64,000 nucleotides of DNA from Solirubrobacteraceae bacterium (lineage in GTDB: Bacteria > Actinomycetota > Thermoleophilia > Solirubrobacterales > Solirubrobacteraceae). Both the position numbers and the translations under genes were made by a program. Where the stretch lies: the NCBI GenBank assembly GCA_036498265.1, contig DASYFT010000005.1, positions 13,832 to 77,831 on the forward strand. Direction: 5' to 3'. The notes beneath the pieces were generated by a model. That model did not search any database, was not told the origin of the DNA, and saw only the letters and a list, made by a program, of their open reading frames with translations. Positions 54,419-63,572 of the stretch are shown here, in pieces (within the stretch, counting starts at the first letter, position 1; each line of letters begins with the position of its first letter).

Positions 54419-56210
54419 GCCTGGGCCGATGGAGAGCGCCGGCTTCGCCGGTGCGCTCGGACACCGGGACCTCGAGTTCGGTTCGAAGCCTTCGCCGGGC
54501 CGCGGCCGCTTCGGCGGCACGCTTGGCCGTGGAGAAGTAGTCGGCGAACCCGCTTTCGCGCGCCGCCAGCAGTCGCTGCGGCAGCGGCGCCCGCAGCTCC
54601 TCGCGGAAGGCCCGCCGGTGGGCTTCCCTGAGACCCGGCTCGAGCGCGCTCTGGCCCGCGCCGCTGTGCAGCTCCAGGCGCCCGTCGTGGGTGCTGTAGT
54701 CGTAGAGCTCCGTCTCCTCACCGGCAGAGAGCGGCTCGATGCTCTGATCCGGCCAGTGCGAGTAGGTGGCGTACTTGGCTTCCGGCGTGCGCAGGGCCAC
54801 GACGTGCAGCGGCGCGTCGGCCGCATACGGCTCGATCGCGAACTCCGTCACGATCTCATCGGTGGAGTGGAGCACGTGCGGGCGCCCGGGCGCGCCGGGG
54901 TCGGCGAGGATGCCCGCGAGGTCCGCACGGCCTGCGATGTGTGAGTAGTGAGGCTCTTTGCGCCAGTCGCTCGAGCCGGTGGCGATGGTCAACAGCAGCG
55001 GCGCGACGTCGACGCTCGAGGTCATCTGCTTGCGGGGCTGTTCGGGAGCCCGGGTCAGCACCCCACGGGGATCCTTCACGATGAGCGGCACGCGGATGGC
55101 CTCCTCGTAGGCGCCCGCCCCCTTGCCCCGCAGCCCATGCGAGCCGCCGTACTCGCCGTGGTCGCTGGTGAACACGACGACGGTGTTGGCCGCCACGTCC
55201 GGCCGGGTCTCGAGCGTCCTGAGCACGTGCCCGACGTGCTGGTCGACCTGCATCTGCAGCTTCAGGTAGAGGTCCAGGAAACCGAGCCACCGACCGATCG
55301 CCTCGGGCCCGGCGAACGGCACCGGCCCGAAGGAGGCGGCGGCCGTGGCCTGGAGCGAGCGCTGCAGGCGGGGCTTGCCGCGCTCGATCAGCAGCTCGGG
55401 CGTCTCGAAGTTGGGCGGCATCCTGCGCAGCGTGCGGTGGGCACTCGCCTCGGACGCGACGCGATCGGTCCACACGTACCACCAGGCGATGTCGTGCGGA
55501 TTGACGAACGACACCGTGGTGCACCATGGCTCGCCGCCGCCGTCGTGCTTGAACCACTCCGCGAACTGGGCGGCGACGTGCGGGTCCCTGCGCCAGCCCT
55601 GGCCGGGCGCGCCGTCCGGCGAGGGGAACGTGCCTCCGCCGAAGCCGTAGCGCTCGAGGGCGCGTTCGCCGCCCCAGCGCGTCCAGCGGTGGTCGCGGTG
55701 GGTCAGATGCCACTTGCCGTACCAGCGGGTGTGGTAGCCCTGCTCCCTGAGCATCGTGCCCCAGGTCGGGAAGCCGGGGTCCAGAGTGCTCCCGCCCGTG
55801 ATCATGCAGCCGGTCTGGTGGGTGTACAGGCCGGTCAGCAGGGCCGCGCGCGAGGGACTGCAGTCGTTGGACGCCGTGTAGTGCCTCGAGAACGTCACGG
55901 CGCCCTCGCTGAGGCGCTGGATGTTCGGCGGAAGACCGGTGGGCGCAGCGCCGGGCGAGACCCATTGGGGGAAGCGCAGCTGGTCCACGATGATCACGAG
56001 GATGTTGGGGCGTGCCGCGCCGGCTTTGTGTGTCGCGCGGGGGATCGGTGGCGTGGGCGACGTGCTGGGCGGCGGCCCGGCGTCGCTGGTCGCGTCGGCG
56101 GCCGCGCGGATCGCCAGCCCGGCGCCGAGGATGCCTCCGGCTGCCAGTCCCCCCTTCAGGAACGTGCGGCGGTCGACTCTCTTATCCTCTCCGCGATCCA
56201 TGCCGTCCAT
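54387..56210 (-). CDS. Tat-exported sulfatase (formylglycine-type, Cys variant)
   Basis: Twin-arginine signal DRRTFLKGGLAAGGILGAG, NILVIIVDQLR, SNDCSPSRAALLTGLY (C-x-P-x-R) and VVFTSDHGEYGG...GKG..YEEAIRVPLIV. The ATG is at 56210 or 56201. Confidence 0.85.
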   Translation of the reverse strand: MDGMDRGEDKRVDRRTFLKGGLAAGGILGAGLAIRAAADATSDAGPPPSTSPTPPIPRATHKAGAARPNILVIIVDQLRFPQWVSPGAAPTGLPPNIQRLSEGAVTFSRHYTASNDCSPSRAALLTGLYTHQTGCMITGGSTLDPGFPTWGTMLREQGYHTRWYGKWHLTHRDHRWTRWGGERALERYGFGGGTFPSPDGAPGQGWRRDPHVAAQFAEWFKHDGGGEPWCTTVSFVNPHDIAWWYVWTDRVASEASAHRTLRRMPPNFETPELLIERGKPRLQRSLQATAAASFGPVPFAGPEAIGRWLGFLDLYLKLQMQVDQHVGHVLRTLETRPDVAANTVVVFTSDHGEYGGSHGLRGKGAGAYEEAIRVPLIVKDPRGVLTRAPEQPRKQMTSSVDVAPLLLTIATGSSDWRKEPHYSHIAGRADLAGILADPGAPGRPHVLHSTDEIVTEFAIEPYAADAPLHVVALRTPEAKYATYSHWPDQSIEPLSAGEETELYDYSTHDGRLELHSGAGQSALEPGLREAHRRAFREELRAPLPQRLLAARESGFADYFSTAKRAAEAAAARRRLRTELEVPVSERTGEAGALHRPRPKSGAPGRRR

Positions 56211-58014
56211 GCGCGCTCTAATCCTAGGGCCGGCTGCGGTCCTGGTGATGGTGCCGGGAGCCGCGGCCGCTGTGAAACGGGCGCCCACCTGCACGCCGGC
56301 GACGCTGAACAACTCCGCTCTGCAGGCACGCACGCTGACGCTCTCCCCGCTGGCCGGCAGCCGGGACGCGTCGCCGTACACGCAGATCAGCTTCCTCGGC
56401 GCGCCCGCCGCGCGGCTTAGCGCGGTCAGCGTCGTGGGCTCGGTCACGGGCGCGCACCGCGGGCGTCTGGTCCCCTACTCGCAGGGCGACGGCGCGAGCT
56501 TCCTGCCGGTGCGTCCCTTCGCGCAAGGCGAGCGGGTGACGGTGCGGGCGCGCCTGCGGGGTGCCTCCTCGACGCCGCTGGTCGATCGCTTCGTGGTTGC
56601 GCGGGAGAACCCGGTCAGCTCGGCGCCCGAGACCATCCATCCCGGCAAGGATGTCCAGGGCTTCCTCTCGCGGCCCAACCTGCGCCCTCCGACGGTCGCC
56701 GTGACGGCAGCCTCGCCGCGCGTGGCGGCGGGAGACGAGTTCGTGGCGCCCTACTCGGGGCCCGGTCAGGCAGGACCGATGATCCTCGACCCGAGCGGGC
56801 GGCTGGTGTGGTTCAAGCCGCTGGCGGTGCACACCTCGGCCAGCAACTTCCGCGTCCAGGAGTACGACGGCAGGCCGGTCCTCACGTGGTGGCAGGGCGA
56901 CATCACCGGACACGGGTTCGGCGTGGGCGTCGACGAGATCGCGGACAGCAGCTACTCGACCGTCGCGGTCGTGCGGGCCGGCAACGGCTATAGCGCCGAT
57001 CTGCACGACTTCCAGCTCACGGGTAACGGCACGGCCCTGCTCACCGCCTACAACCCGATCGCCTGCGATCTGTCCTCGGTGGGTGGCCCGTCTGCGGGCG
57101 CGGTGACAGACGGCGTCTACCAGGAGATCGACGTCAGGACCGGGCTGGTGAGGTTCGAATGGACGAGTCTCGACCATGTGGGGCTGGCCGAATCCTACGA
57201 ACCGGCCTCGCGCGCCTCCACCACCTGGCCGTTCGACTTCTTCCACATCAACTCGCTCGGCGTCGACCCCGACGGCAGCGTGCTGGTGTCGGCCCGGAAC
57301 ACCTGGACCGTCTACGACGTGGATGGCGGGAGCGGTCAGGTGATCTGGCGGCTGGGCGGCCGCCACAGCAGCTTCAACGCGGGGCCCGGCACGCGGACGG
57401 CGTGGCAGCACGACCCGAGGCTGCTCGGCAACGGGACGATCAGCGTGTTCGACAACGGCTCCTCGCCGCGCGTGCGGCCGCAGTCGCGCGGGATCGTCCT
57501 CGGCGTGGACCCCCGGCAGCGGAGCGTCACGCTGGTCTCGCAGCTCATCCACTCTCCGCCGCTGCTGGCTGAAAGCCAGGGCAACATGCAGGCGCTCGGC
57601 AACGGAGACTGGTTCCTGGGATGGGGGCAGCTGCCCTACTTCTCCGAGTACGGCCCCGAAGGGCAGCTCCTGTTCGACGCGCACTTCCCAACGCATACCC
57701 AGTCCTACCGCAGCTACCGCTTTCCGTGGACCGGCACGCCGTCGCACCGACCCGTCTTCGTGCTACAGACAGGGCATGGACCGGCGACTGTCTTCGCGAG
57801 CTGGAACGGGGCGACGCTCGTGGCCTCCTGGAGAGTCCTCGCCGGTCCGGATCCGGCGTCACTGCAGACCGTCGCGCAGTCTGCGCGCGCGGGCTTCGAG
57901 ACGCCGGTGGCGCTGCCGCCCGGGACGGCAGGCCCCGACCTGGCGGTCCAGGCCCTCGACTCCGAAGGACACGTGCTGGCGACCTCGGCCGCGGTGTCCG
58001 AGCCGGGCCTCTGA
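56200..58014 (+). CDS. ASST-family beta-propeller protein, cleavable signal peptide (paralog 3)
   Basis: MPSMRALILGPAAVLVMVPGAAAA, TQISFLGAPA, GYSADLHDFQL, WPFDFFHINSLGVDPDGSVLVSARNTWTVYDV, WRLGGRHSSF and YRSYRFPWTG. The ATG is at 56200 or 56209. Confidence 0.8.
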   Translation: MPSMRALILGPAAVLVMVPGAAAAVKRAPTCTPATLNNSALQARTLTLSPLAGSRDASPYTQISFLGAPAARLSAVSVVGSVTGAHRGRLVPYSQGDGASFLPVRPFAQGERVTVRARLRGASSTPLVDRFVVARENPVSSAPETIHPGKDVQGFLSRPNLRPPTVAVTAASPRVAAGDEFVAPYSGPGQAGPMILDPSGRLVWFKPLAVHTSASNFRVQEYDGRPVLTWWQGDITGHGFGVGVDEIADSSYSTVAVVRAGNGYSADLHDFQLTGNGTALLTAYNPIACDLSSVGGPSAGAVTDGVYQEIDVRTGLVRFEWTSLDHVGLAESYEPASRASTTWPFDFFHINSLGVDPDGSVLVSARNTWTVYDVDGGSGQVIWRLGGRHSSFNAGPGTRTAWQHDPRLLGNGTISVFDNGSSPRVRPQSRGIVLGVDPRQRSVTLVSQLIHSPPLLAESQGNMQALGNGDWFLGWGQLPYFSEYGPEGQLLFDAHFPTHTQSYRSYRFPWTGTPSHRPVFVLQTGHGPATVFASWNGATLVASWRVLAGPDPASLQTVAQSARAGFETPVALPPGTAGPDLAVQALDSEGHVLATSAAVSEPGL

Positions 58015-58035
58015 GCTCGACCGTACGCGCGCGGT

Positions 58036-58452
58036 TTACGCTTGCCGTGGCGTCGGCTTCTGATCCAGGCCGAGGGCGGCGAGCGCATGAAGGCGACTCG
58101 AGTAAAGGCGGAGCCGCACCACCCTGCCGTCGTTGATCTCGAAGAGGTTGGCGAACTCCGTCTCGACGTCAACGCCGCTCGCCTTGCCTCGTCCCCTCAT
58201 GCGCCCCAACGCAAGAACCCGGTCACCGTGGAGGTGTTGATACTCGTCGGCCTGCGCGGCGTAGTCCTCCCATGCGCTCAGCCACCCGCGCCAGCCGTCT
58301 GCCATTGCGGTCAGGCCGGTCCAATTGCCCGGGTCGGGACCCCCGACGATCATGAACTCGATCTCTGGATGCGCCCACTCGAGCGACCCGAAGTCGCCGT
58401 GTTCCCAGGCCGCGTAGATCGAGCGGACGAGGTCGAGGTTCTCTGCGCCCAC
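58036..58452 (-). CDS. SnoaL/NTF2-like small protein (family A)
   Basis: ENLDLVRSIYAAWEHGDFGSLEWAHPEIEFMIVGGPDPGNWTG...RVLALGRMRGRGKASG...INDGRVVRLRLYSSRLHALAALG, a close paralog of 27168 and 27607. Confidence 0.8.
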   Translation of the reverse strand: MGAENLDLVRSIYAAWEHGDFGSLEWAHPEIEFMIVGGPDPGNWTGLTAMADGWRGWLSAWEDYAAQADEYQHLHGDRVLALGRMRGRGKASGVDVETEFANLFEINDGRVVRLRLYSSRLHALAALGLDQKPTPRQA

Positions 58453-58496
58453 GGATCAAGCCTGGCACAACGGCCGATCCTGGAGATCTCGGCTTC

Positions 58497-59228
58497 TCAG
58501 CCGGCCTCGCCGGCCATCTCCGCAAGCCGCCGCGCCAGCCAGCTTGCGTTGCGCGGGGCGAACGCCTCCCAGTCGTTGTTGAAGTACACGAAGGCGGGTC
58601 CGCTCCGGCGCCAGCCGTGCAGCCGCTGCGCCCACTCGGCGAGCTCCGTGGCGGAGTAGTTGCCGCGTCGCCCGCGGTGACCGTAGTGCAAGCGGACGAA
58701 GCGCCAGGAGGCGGTGGCCTCGAACGTCTGGAAGCGCCGTTCCGGGTGATCGCCCACGACGAGGGCGGCATCGTGACGGCGCAGCACCGCGTAGACGTCC
58801 TCGGCGAACCAGCTCGGATGGCGGAACTCGAACGCATGCCTGCCCGGCGGCAGCTGCTCGAGGCAGCCCGCCAGCCGCTCGCTGTCCCTGTGGAAGTTCT
58901 CCGGCAGCTGCCACAGCACCGGGCCGAGCCGGCCGGCCTCGACCATCGGCTCCAGTCGCTCGTAGAACCGGCTGACGCCCTCGCCGATGTCCGTCAACCG
59001 CTTCACGTGCGTGAGGTAGCGACTGGCCTTGACGGCGAAGATGAACTTCTCGGGCGTCTGTTGCACCCAGCGTGCGACCGAGTCCCGGGAGATCAGGCGG
59101 TAGAAGGTCGTGTTGACCTCCACCGTGTCGAACCGCTGGGCGTAGTGCTCCAGCCAGCGGCTCGCCGGCAGCTCGGGCGGATAGAAGGGGCCTCGCCAGT
59201 GCCGGTAGTTCCATCCGGAGCAACCCAC
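58497..59228 (-). CDS. DUF72 family protein
   Basis: VGCSGWNYRHWRGPFYP, FDTVEVNTTFYRL, FIFAVKASRYLTH and VYFNND. A GTG at 59228 is assumed. ORF-track start 59540 is probably too long. Confidence 0.8.
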   Translation of the reverse strand: MGCSGWNYRHWRGPFYPPELPASRWLEHYAQRFDTVEVNTTFYRLISRDSVARWVQQTPEKFIFAVKASRYLTHVKRLTDIGEGVSRFYERLEPMVEAGRLGPVLWQLPENFHRDSERLAGCLEQLPPGRHAFEFRHPSWFAEDVYAVLRRHDAALVVGDHPERRFQTFEATASWRFVRLHYGHRGRRGNYSATELAEWAQRLHGWRRSGPAFVYFNNDWEAFAPRNASWLARRLAEMAGEAG

Positions 59229-59385
59229 GTGGACCGGATGTAGATCTGTCTCCTCGGGCGCGATGCCAGTCCGATTCCCGGGACCCGGCTCGGGTATTCG
59301 CCGCTCGCGCTCAGCAGATGGCCGATCGCTCCTCGCCGCGCGGCTAGCATCCCCAGCTGCCCATGCCATCCCCAGGAAGCAATCC

Positions 59386-60582
59386 GTGAGAGTGGGAGTC
59401 ACGCCGCCGAGGCGAGCAGGCTTCCGGCTCGCCATCGCCGCGGCCCTTGCGGTGGTGGCATGGTCCGCGTCCGGCGGCGGCGCTGCGCTCGGCAGGGCGC
59501 CGGCGCATGACGTGGCGAGCGCGACTCCGGCGCATGGCACGGCGAGCGCGACGCCCGCCTACCTCCAGCTCGCAGAACAGGGAGCGGTCAGTGCGCTGCG
59601 CTCCTGGCACGACGCCCGCCGCGGCTGGTACGACGAACGCCTCGGCGACCGCGACCGCTTTCCGCTGGCCACGATCTGGGGCTCCGCGCCGATGTTCGAG
59701 ACGCTCGCCGCGATCGACATCGCCTCGCCGTCGCCGGCGCATCGCGCCGCACTCAGCACGTTCGCACGAGGCGCGGAGCGTTATTACGACCGCGGGCTCA
59801 GACCCACCCCCGGATACGCTCCCTACCCCGGCGATCGGGGCCAGGTGCGAGCCTGGTTCGACGACAACGGCTGGTGGGGACTCGGGTTCATGGACGCCTA
59901 TCGCGCCACCGGCAACTCCCGCTACCTGCGCGACGCCGAGCGCGCTTTCGCGTTCATCGCCGCGCAGGGATGGGACCGTGCGCGGGGTGGGCTGTGGTGG
60001 GACACCTCGCACCCCTACAAGGCCGGCGAGCCGCTGGCCGCGGGGTCGCTGCTCGGTGCGCTGCTGTTCCGGAGCACTCACAACCCCTTCTACCTGGGCC
60101 AGGTGAACCGGTTCCTCACCTGGGCCGACGCGAACTTCCTGACGGAACTGAGGCTGTACGCACGAACGGACTCGGACCCCACGCCGACGCCGTACGTGGA
60201 GGGGCCGCTCGTGGAGGCTCACCAGCTCCTCTGCCAGGCAGGCCAGCCGGCCGCCTGCGCCCGCGCCCGCGAACTCGCCGACGCGAGCTGGAACCGCTTC
60301 CAGGCGAGGCTTCAGATGGGCCCCCAGTACGACACGATCTACCTCCACTGGATGCTCGTGTACGCGAGCCAGACGGGCGACGCCCGCTGGCCGGCCCTCG
60401 CCGCTCAGATGGCGCAGAGCGCGCAGTCCAACGCGCTGAGCCCCGGCGGGCTCTACCTGCGTGCCTGGGATGGCACCCCGATCACGCAGCACGAAGCAAG
60501 GCCGAACATGCTCCAGACCGATGCGGCCACGCTCGAGCTCTTCGCCTGGCTCGGAGTCACCGCGTCGGGGCGGGCGTCGTAG
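59386..60582 (+). CDS. secreted glycoside hydrolase family 76-like protein
   Basis: AGGAAG RBS plus GTG at 59386, signal-like FRLAIAAALAVVAWSASGGGA, WFDDNGWWGLGFMDAYRATGNSRYLRDAERAF and GGLWWD. Assigned by motif resemblance only. Confidence 0.65.
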   Translation: MRVGVTPPRRAGFRLAIAAALAVVAWSASGGGAALGRAPAHDVASATPAHGTASATPAYLQLAEQGAVSALRSWHDARRGWYDERLGDRDRFPLATIWGSAPMFETLAAIDIASPSPAHRAALSTFARGAERYYDRGLRPTPGYAPYPGDRGQVRAWFDDNGWWGLGFMDAYRATGNSRYLRDAERAFAFIAAQGWDRARGGLWWDTSHPYKAGEPLAAGSLLGALLFRSTHNPFYLGQVNRFLTWADANFLTELRLYARTDSDPTPTPYVEGPLVEAHQLLCQAGQPAACARARELADASWNRFQARLQMGPQYDTIYLHWMLVYASQTGDARWPALAAQMAQSAQSNALSPGGLYLRAWDGTPITQHEARPNMLQTDAATLELFAWLGVTASGRAS

Positions 60583-60613
60583 AGCTGCACGCCCGCTCGT
60601 GGAGGCGCCCGCG

Positions 60614-60973
60614 ATGGGTGAGGTCGTGCCCTGCGGGTATGTAGCCGCCATGGATGTGACCACGGAGCGGCGGACCCAGAACGAGGCCATGTCGCGCGTG
60701 GCCAACGAGGCCATCGAGGAGGCGGAGGCGGCCGGCGACGGCTCGTCGATCTCGTTTCTCTGCGAGTGCACGCGGCCGGACTGCGATCGGACGATCGAGC
60801 TGACCCCGTACGAGTACCGCCGGGTACGGTCCAATCCCCGGCGATTCGTCGTCCTCCACGGGCACGAGAGCCGCGACATCGAGTCGGTGGTGGAGGCGGC
60901 CGACGAGTATCTCGTGGTCGAGAAGCACGGCAGTGCGGGAGACCTCGCAGAAGCCGACGACCCTCGGTCATAA
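60614..60973 (+). CDS. hypothetical protein with CxCx4C...HGH motif
   Basis: GGAGG RBS plus ATG at 60614, with SFLCECTRPDCDRTIELTPYEYRRVRSNPRRFVVLHGHE. Confidence 0.5.
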   Translation: MGEVVPCGYVAAMDVTTERRTQNEAMSRVANEAIEEAEAAGDGSSISFLCECTRPDCDRTIELTPYEYRRVRSNPRRFVVLHGHESRDIESVVEAADEYLVVEKHGSAGDLAEADDPRS

Positions 60974-60980
60974 TCCGGGC

Positions 60981-61316
60981 GTGGCCTACGACGAGGATCT
61001 CGCCAACCGGATCCGGGAGCTGGTTCTGAGCGAGCCCGGCGTCACCGAGCAGCGCATGTTCGGCGGCCTGGCCTTCCTGGTCGACGGGAACATGTCGGTG
61101 AGCGCGAGCGGCCAGGGAGGGCTTCTGCTGCGGGTCGACCCTGCGCAGACGGACGAGCTGCTGGGCAAGCCCCAGGCGGAGCCGTTCGAGATGCGTGGCC
61201 GGGTCATGCAGGGGTGGCTCAGGGTTGCGCCCGAGGGGTTGCGGACGAAGCGAGACCTGAAGCGGTGGGTGGACCGGGGCGTCGCCTACGCGCGGTCGCT
61301 GCCTGCCAAGCGGTAG
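60981..61316 (+). CDS. TfoX N-terminal domain protein
   Basis: VAYDEDLANRIRELV...EQRMFGGLAFLVDGNMSVSAS...LLLRVDP...MRGRVMQGWLRV. Confidence 0.75.
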   Translation: MAYDEDLANRIRELVLSEPGVTEQRMFGGLAFLVDGNMSVSASGQGGLLLRVDPAQTDELLGKPQAEPFEMRGRVMQGWLRVAPEGLRTKRDLKRWVDRGVAYARSLPAKR

Positions 61317-61429
61317 GGAACGAGCGCCCGGCGCGGGTTGCGCAGAGCGGCGAGTAGATCGCCGGGGACTGATCCGTTCTCGCGGAGGCTGCGTACGGAT
61401 ATTTCGACAACCTCTCGAAAGGAGTCCGA

Positions 61430-62239
61430 ATGTCCGCGAGCCCGGCCGACCACACAACAGACCGCCGCCAGTTCCTGGGGCGCGCTGCCGCCACGGGTGC
61501 CGGTGTGTTCGTCGGTGCCAGTGCGTTCGACGCGCTCACCCCGTCGTTCGCCGCCGCAAAGAAGCGAGGCGTCAAGAAGCGTGACACGGAAATCCTCATC
61601 GCGGCGCAGATCGCCGAGGCGCTGGCGGTCACCACCTACACCAACATCATCGACACGGCGCCGTTCTTCTCGCGGCTGGCGTCAGACGACCAGGGATACC
61701 TCAAGGCGGCCCGCCAGGAGGAGATGTCCCATTACCTGCTCGAGATGGGCGTCACGAACAAGCCGTCGCCATTCACCACCTTCTACTACCCCGCCAAGAT
61801 GTTCGCCGACGCGCAAACGACTCTGAACGTCCTCGTCACTCTCGAGGACGCCTTCATCGCCGCGTACCTCGTCGGCGTGCGTGACTTCAGCACCGCGGAT
61901 CTGAGGGTCACCTCCGCCCGGATCATGGGCATCGAGAGCGACCATCGCACCCTCGCCCGCGTCGTCGCCCCCGGGGTCGCCGCCCAGGACGGCGGCCCGG
62001 TCGAGAACGTGACCGGCATCCAAAAGAAGGCCGAGAGCGTCGATCCGCCCAACAACAACGGCTACGAGCGAACGGTGCGATTGAAGAACATCGGCGCAGC
62101 GGTGACTGCGCTCACCCCGTTCGCCGACAAGACGGCCGCCGGAAAGGCGGGGTTCGACACGAGCAAGCCCTACAAGTTCGCCCCATTCACACCGACGCTT
62201 CCCGAGCCCCTCGGCGAATTCCATTCGTTCCTCGGCTGA
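61430..62239 (+). CDS. Tat-signal ferritin-like domain protein
   Basis: DRRQFLGRAAATGAGVFVGASAF twin-arginine signal, with EILIAAQIAEALAVTTYTNII and YLKAARQEEMSHYLLE, and later FIAAYLVG / GIESDHRTLARV. Confidence 0.75.
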   Translation: MSASPADHTTDRRQFLGRAAATGAGVFVGASAFDALTPSFAAAKKRGVKKRDTEILIAAQIAEALAVTTYTNIIDTAPFFSRLASDDQGYLKAARQEEMSHYLLEMGVTNKPSPFTTFYYPAKMFADAQTTLNVLVTLEDAFIAAYLVGVRDFSTADLRVTSARIMGIESDHRTLARVVAPGVAAQDGGPVENVTGIQKKAESVDPPNNNGYERTVRLKNIGAAVTALTPFADKTAAGKAGFDTSKPYKFAPFTPTLPEPLGEFHSFLG

Positions 62240-62274
62240 TCCGCCGAGATGGCGCGTCGGTAAGAATCGCCAGC

Positions 62275-62877
62275 GTGTTTCGTTCTGGCATTCTGGCGCG
62301 TCGCACCGCACTGCGTGAGCTTGCCGATGAGGATCTCATGCAACTGGTCCATGACGGCGAGGCACGCGCGTTCGAGATCATCTTCGATCGCCATGCGAGC
62401 ATGGCTTTCTCGCTGGCCTATCGCATGTGTGGCCGGCGAGCGCTGGCCGAGGAGGTCGTGCAGGAGGCCTTCCTCTCGCTCTGGCGCACGGCGGCCCGCT
62501 ACGACGGCGCTCGTGGCAGTGTGCGCTCGTGGGTGCTGAGCATCGTTCGCAACCGGGCCATCGACGCACTGCGCCGAGGCTGGACCCGGGACAGCCGCGA
62601 CGTCAGCGGCGATGACATCGCCGATCGTGTGGCGGGAACCGAACGCACCGACGTCGAGGTCGCGCGCCGGGATGAGGCGCTCCGGATTCGGGGGGCACTG
62701 GACGAGCTCTCCGCCGAGCAGCGCCGGGTCATCGAGCTGGCGTACTTCGGTGGCTTCAGCCACACTGAGATCGCCGAGATGCTCGGACTGCCGGTGGGCA
62801 CCGTCAAGGGCCGGATGCGTCTCGGACTGGCGAAGCTCCGCCTCGTGTTGACGGAGCCGGCGGAGATGATGGCATGA
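62275..62877 (+). CDS. ECF sigma factor (SigK-like)
   Basis: LMQLVHDGEARAFEIIFDRHASMAFSLAYRMCG, VRSWVLSIVRNRAIDALR and QRRVIELAYFGGFSHTEIAEMLGLPVGTVKGRMRLGL. Confidence 0.85.
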   Translation: MFRSGILARRTALRELADEDLMQLVHDGEARAFEIIFDRHASMAFSLAYRMCGRRALAEEVVQEAFLSLWRTAARYDGARGSVRSWVLSIVRNRAIDALRRGWTRDSRDVSGDDIADRVAGTERTDVEVARRDEALRIRGALDELSAEQRRVIELAYFGGFSHTEIAEMLGLPVGTVKGRMRLGLAKLRLVLTEPAEMMA

Positions 62878-63572
62878 GCGCCGACGATCACACCATCGGT
62901 CCAGGTGACTGCGGCGCGGACGCCGGCGCCTACGTGCTCGGCGCTCTCGACGAGCACGAGGCCGAGGCCTTTCGCCGGCATCTGCTCACGTGCCTGGTGT
63001 GCCGTGACGAGGTGGCCGCGTTGCAGGCGGCCACCGATGCGCTGCACCTCGCGGTCCCGCCACTGCCGGCGCCACGGAAGCTGAAGCAGCGCGTGATGTC
63101 CAGCGTTCACGAGGAGCCCAGGGCGCCGATCGGTCGTGCTCGCCGGCGTCGTCTGCGCTTCGCCCCGGCTCGCCCGGCGCTCGCGCTCGGCATCACGCTC
63201 ATCGTCGCAGCGGGCGTAGGCCTCGGCCTAGGGCTGTCCGCCGGCAGCTCCGGCGGTACTCGTCTCGTGCATGCGACCGTGACGACGCCGAGCGGGAGCG
63301 CCGTCGTCCGCTTGGTGTCAGGTCACGGCGAGCTGATCGTGCGGGGTCTGCCCGCCCCACCGCGGGGAAAGATCTACGAGGTCTGGCTCGAGCGAGCGGG
63401 CGGGATGCCGTCGCCGACGAGTGCGCTGTTCTCGGTCACCTCCGCCGGCTCCGGCAGCGTGGACGTTCCCGGTGACCTCCACGGTGTCGAGGAGCTCCTA
63501 GTCACTCCCGAGCCGCTTGGCGGCAGTTCCGTCCCCACGCACGCGCCGGTCATCCTGGCCCGGCTCAGCTGA
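62874..63572 (+). CDS. anti-sigma factor (zf-HC2 N-terminus, TM, RskA-like C-terminal domain)
   Basis: The ATGA overlap with the sigma gene, HLLTCLVCRDEVAAL, TM segment ALALGITLIVAAGVGLGLGL, and KIYEVWLERAGGMPSPTSALFSV. Confidence 0.8.
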   Translation: MSADDHTIGPGDCGADAGAYVLGALDEHEAEAFRRHLLTCLVCRDEVAALQAATDALHLAVPPLPAPRKLKQRVMSSVHEEPRAPIGRARRRRLRFAPARPALALGITLIVAAGVGLGLGLSAGSSGGTRLVHATVTTPSGSAVVRLVSGHGELIVRGLPAPPRGKIYEVWLERAGGMPSPTSALFSVTSAGSGSVDVPGDLHGVEELLVTPEPLGGSSVPTHAPVILARLS

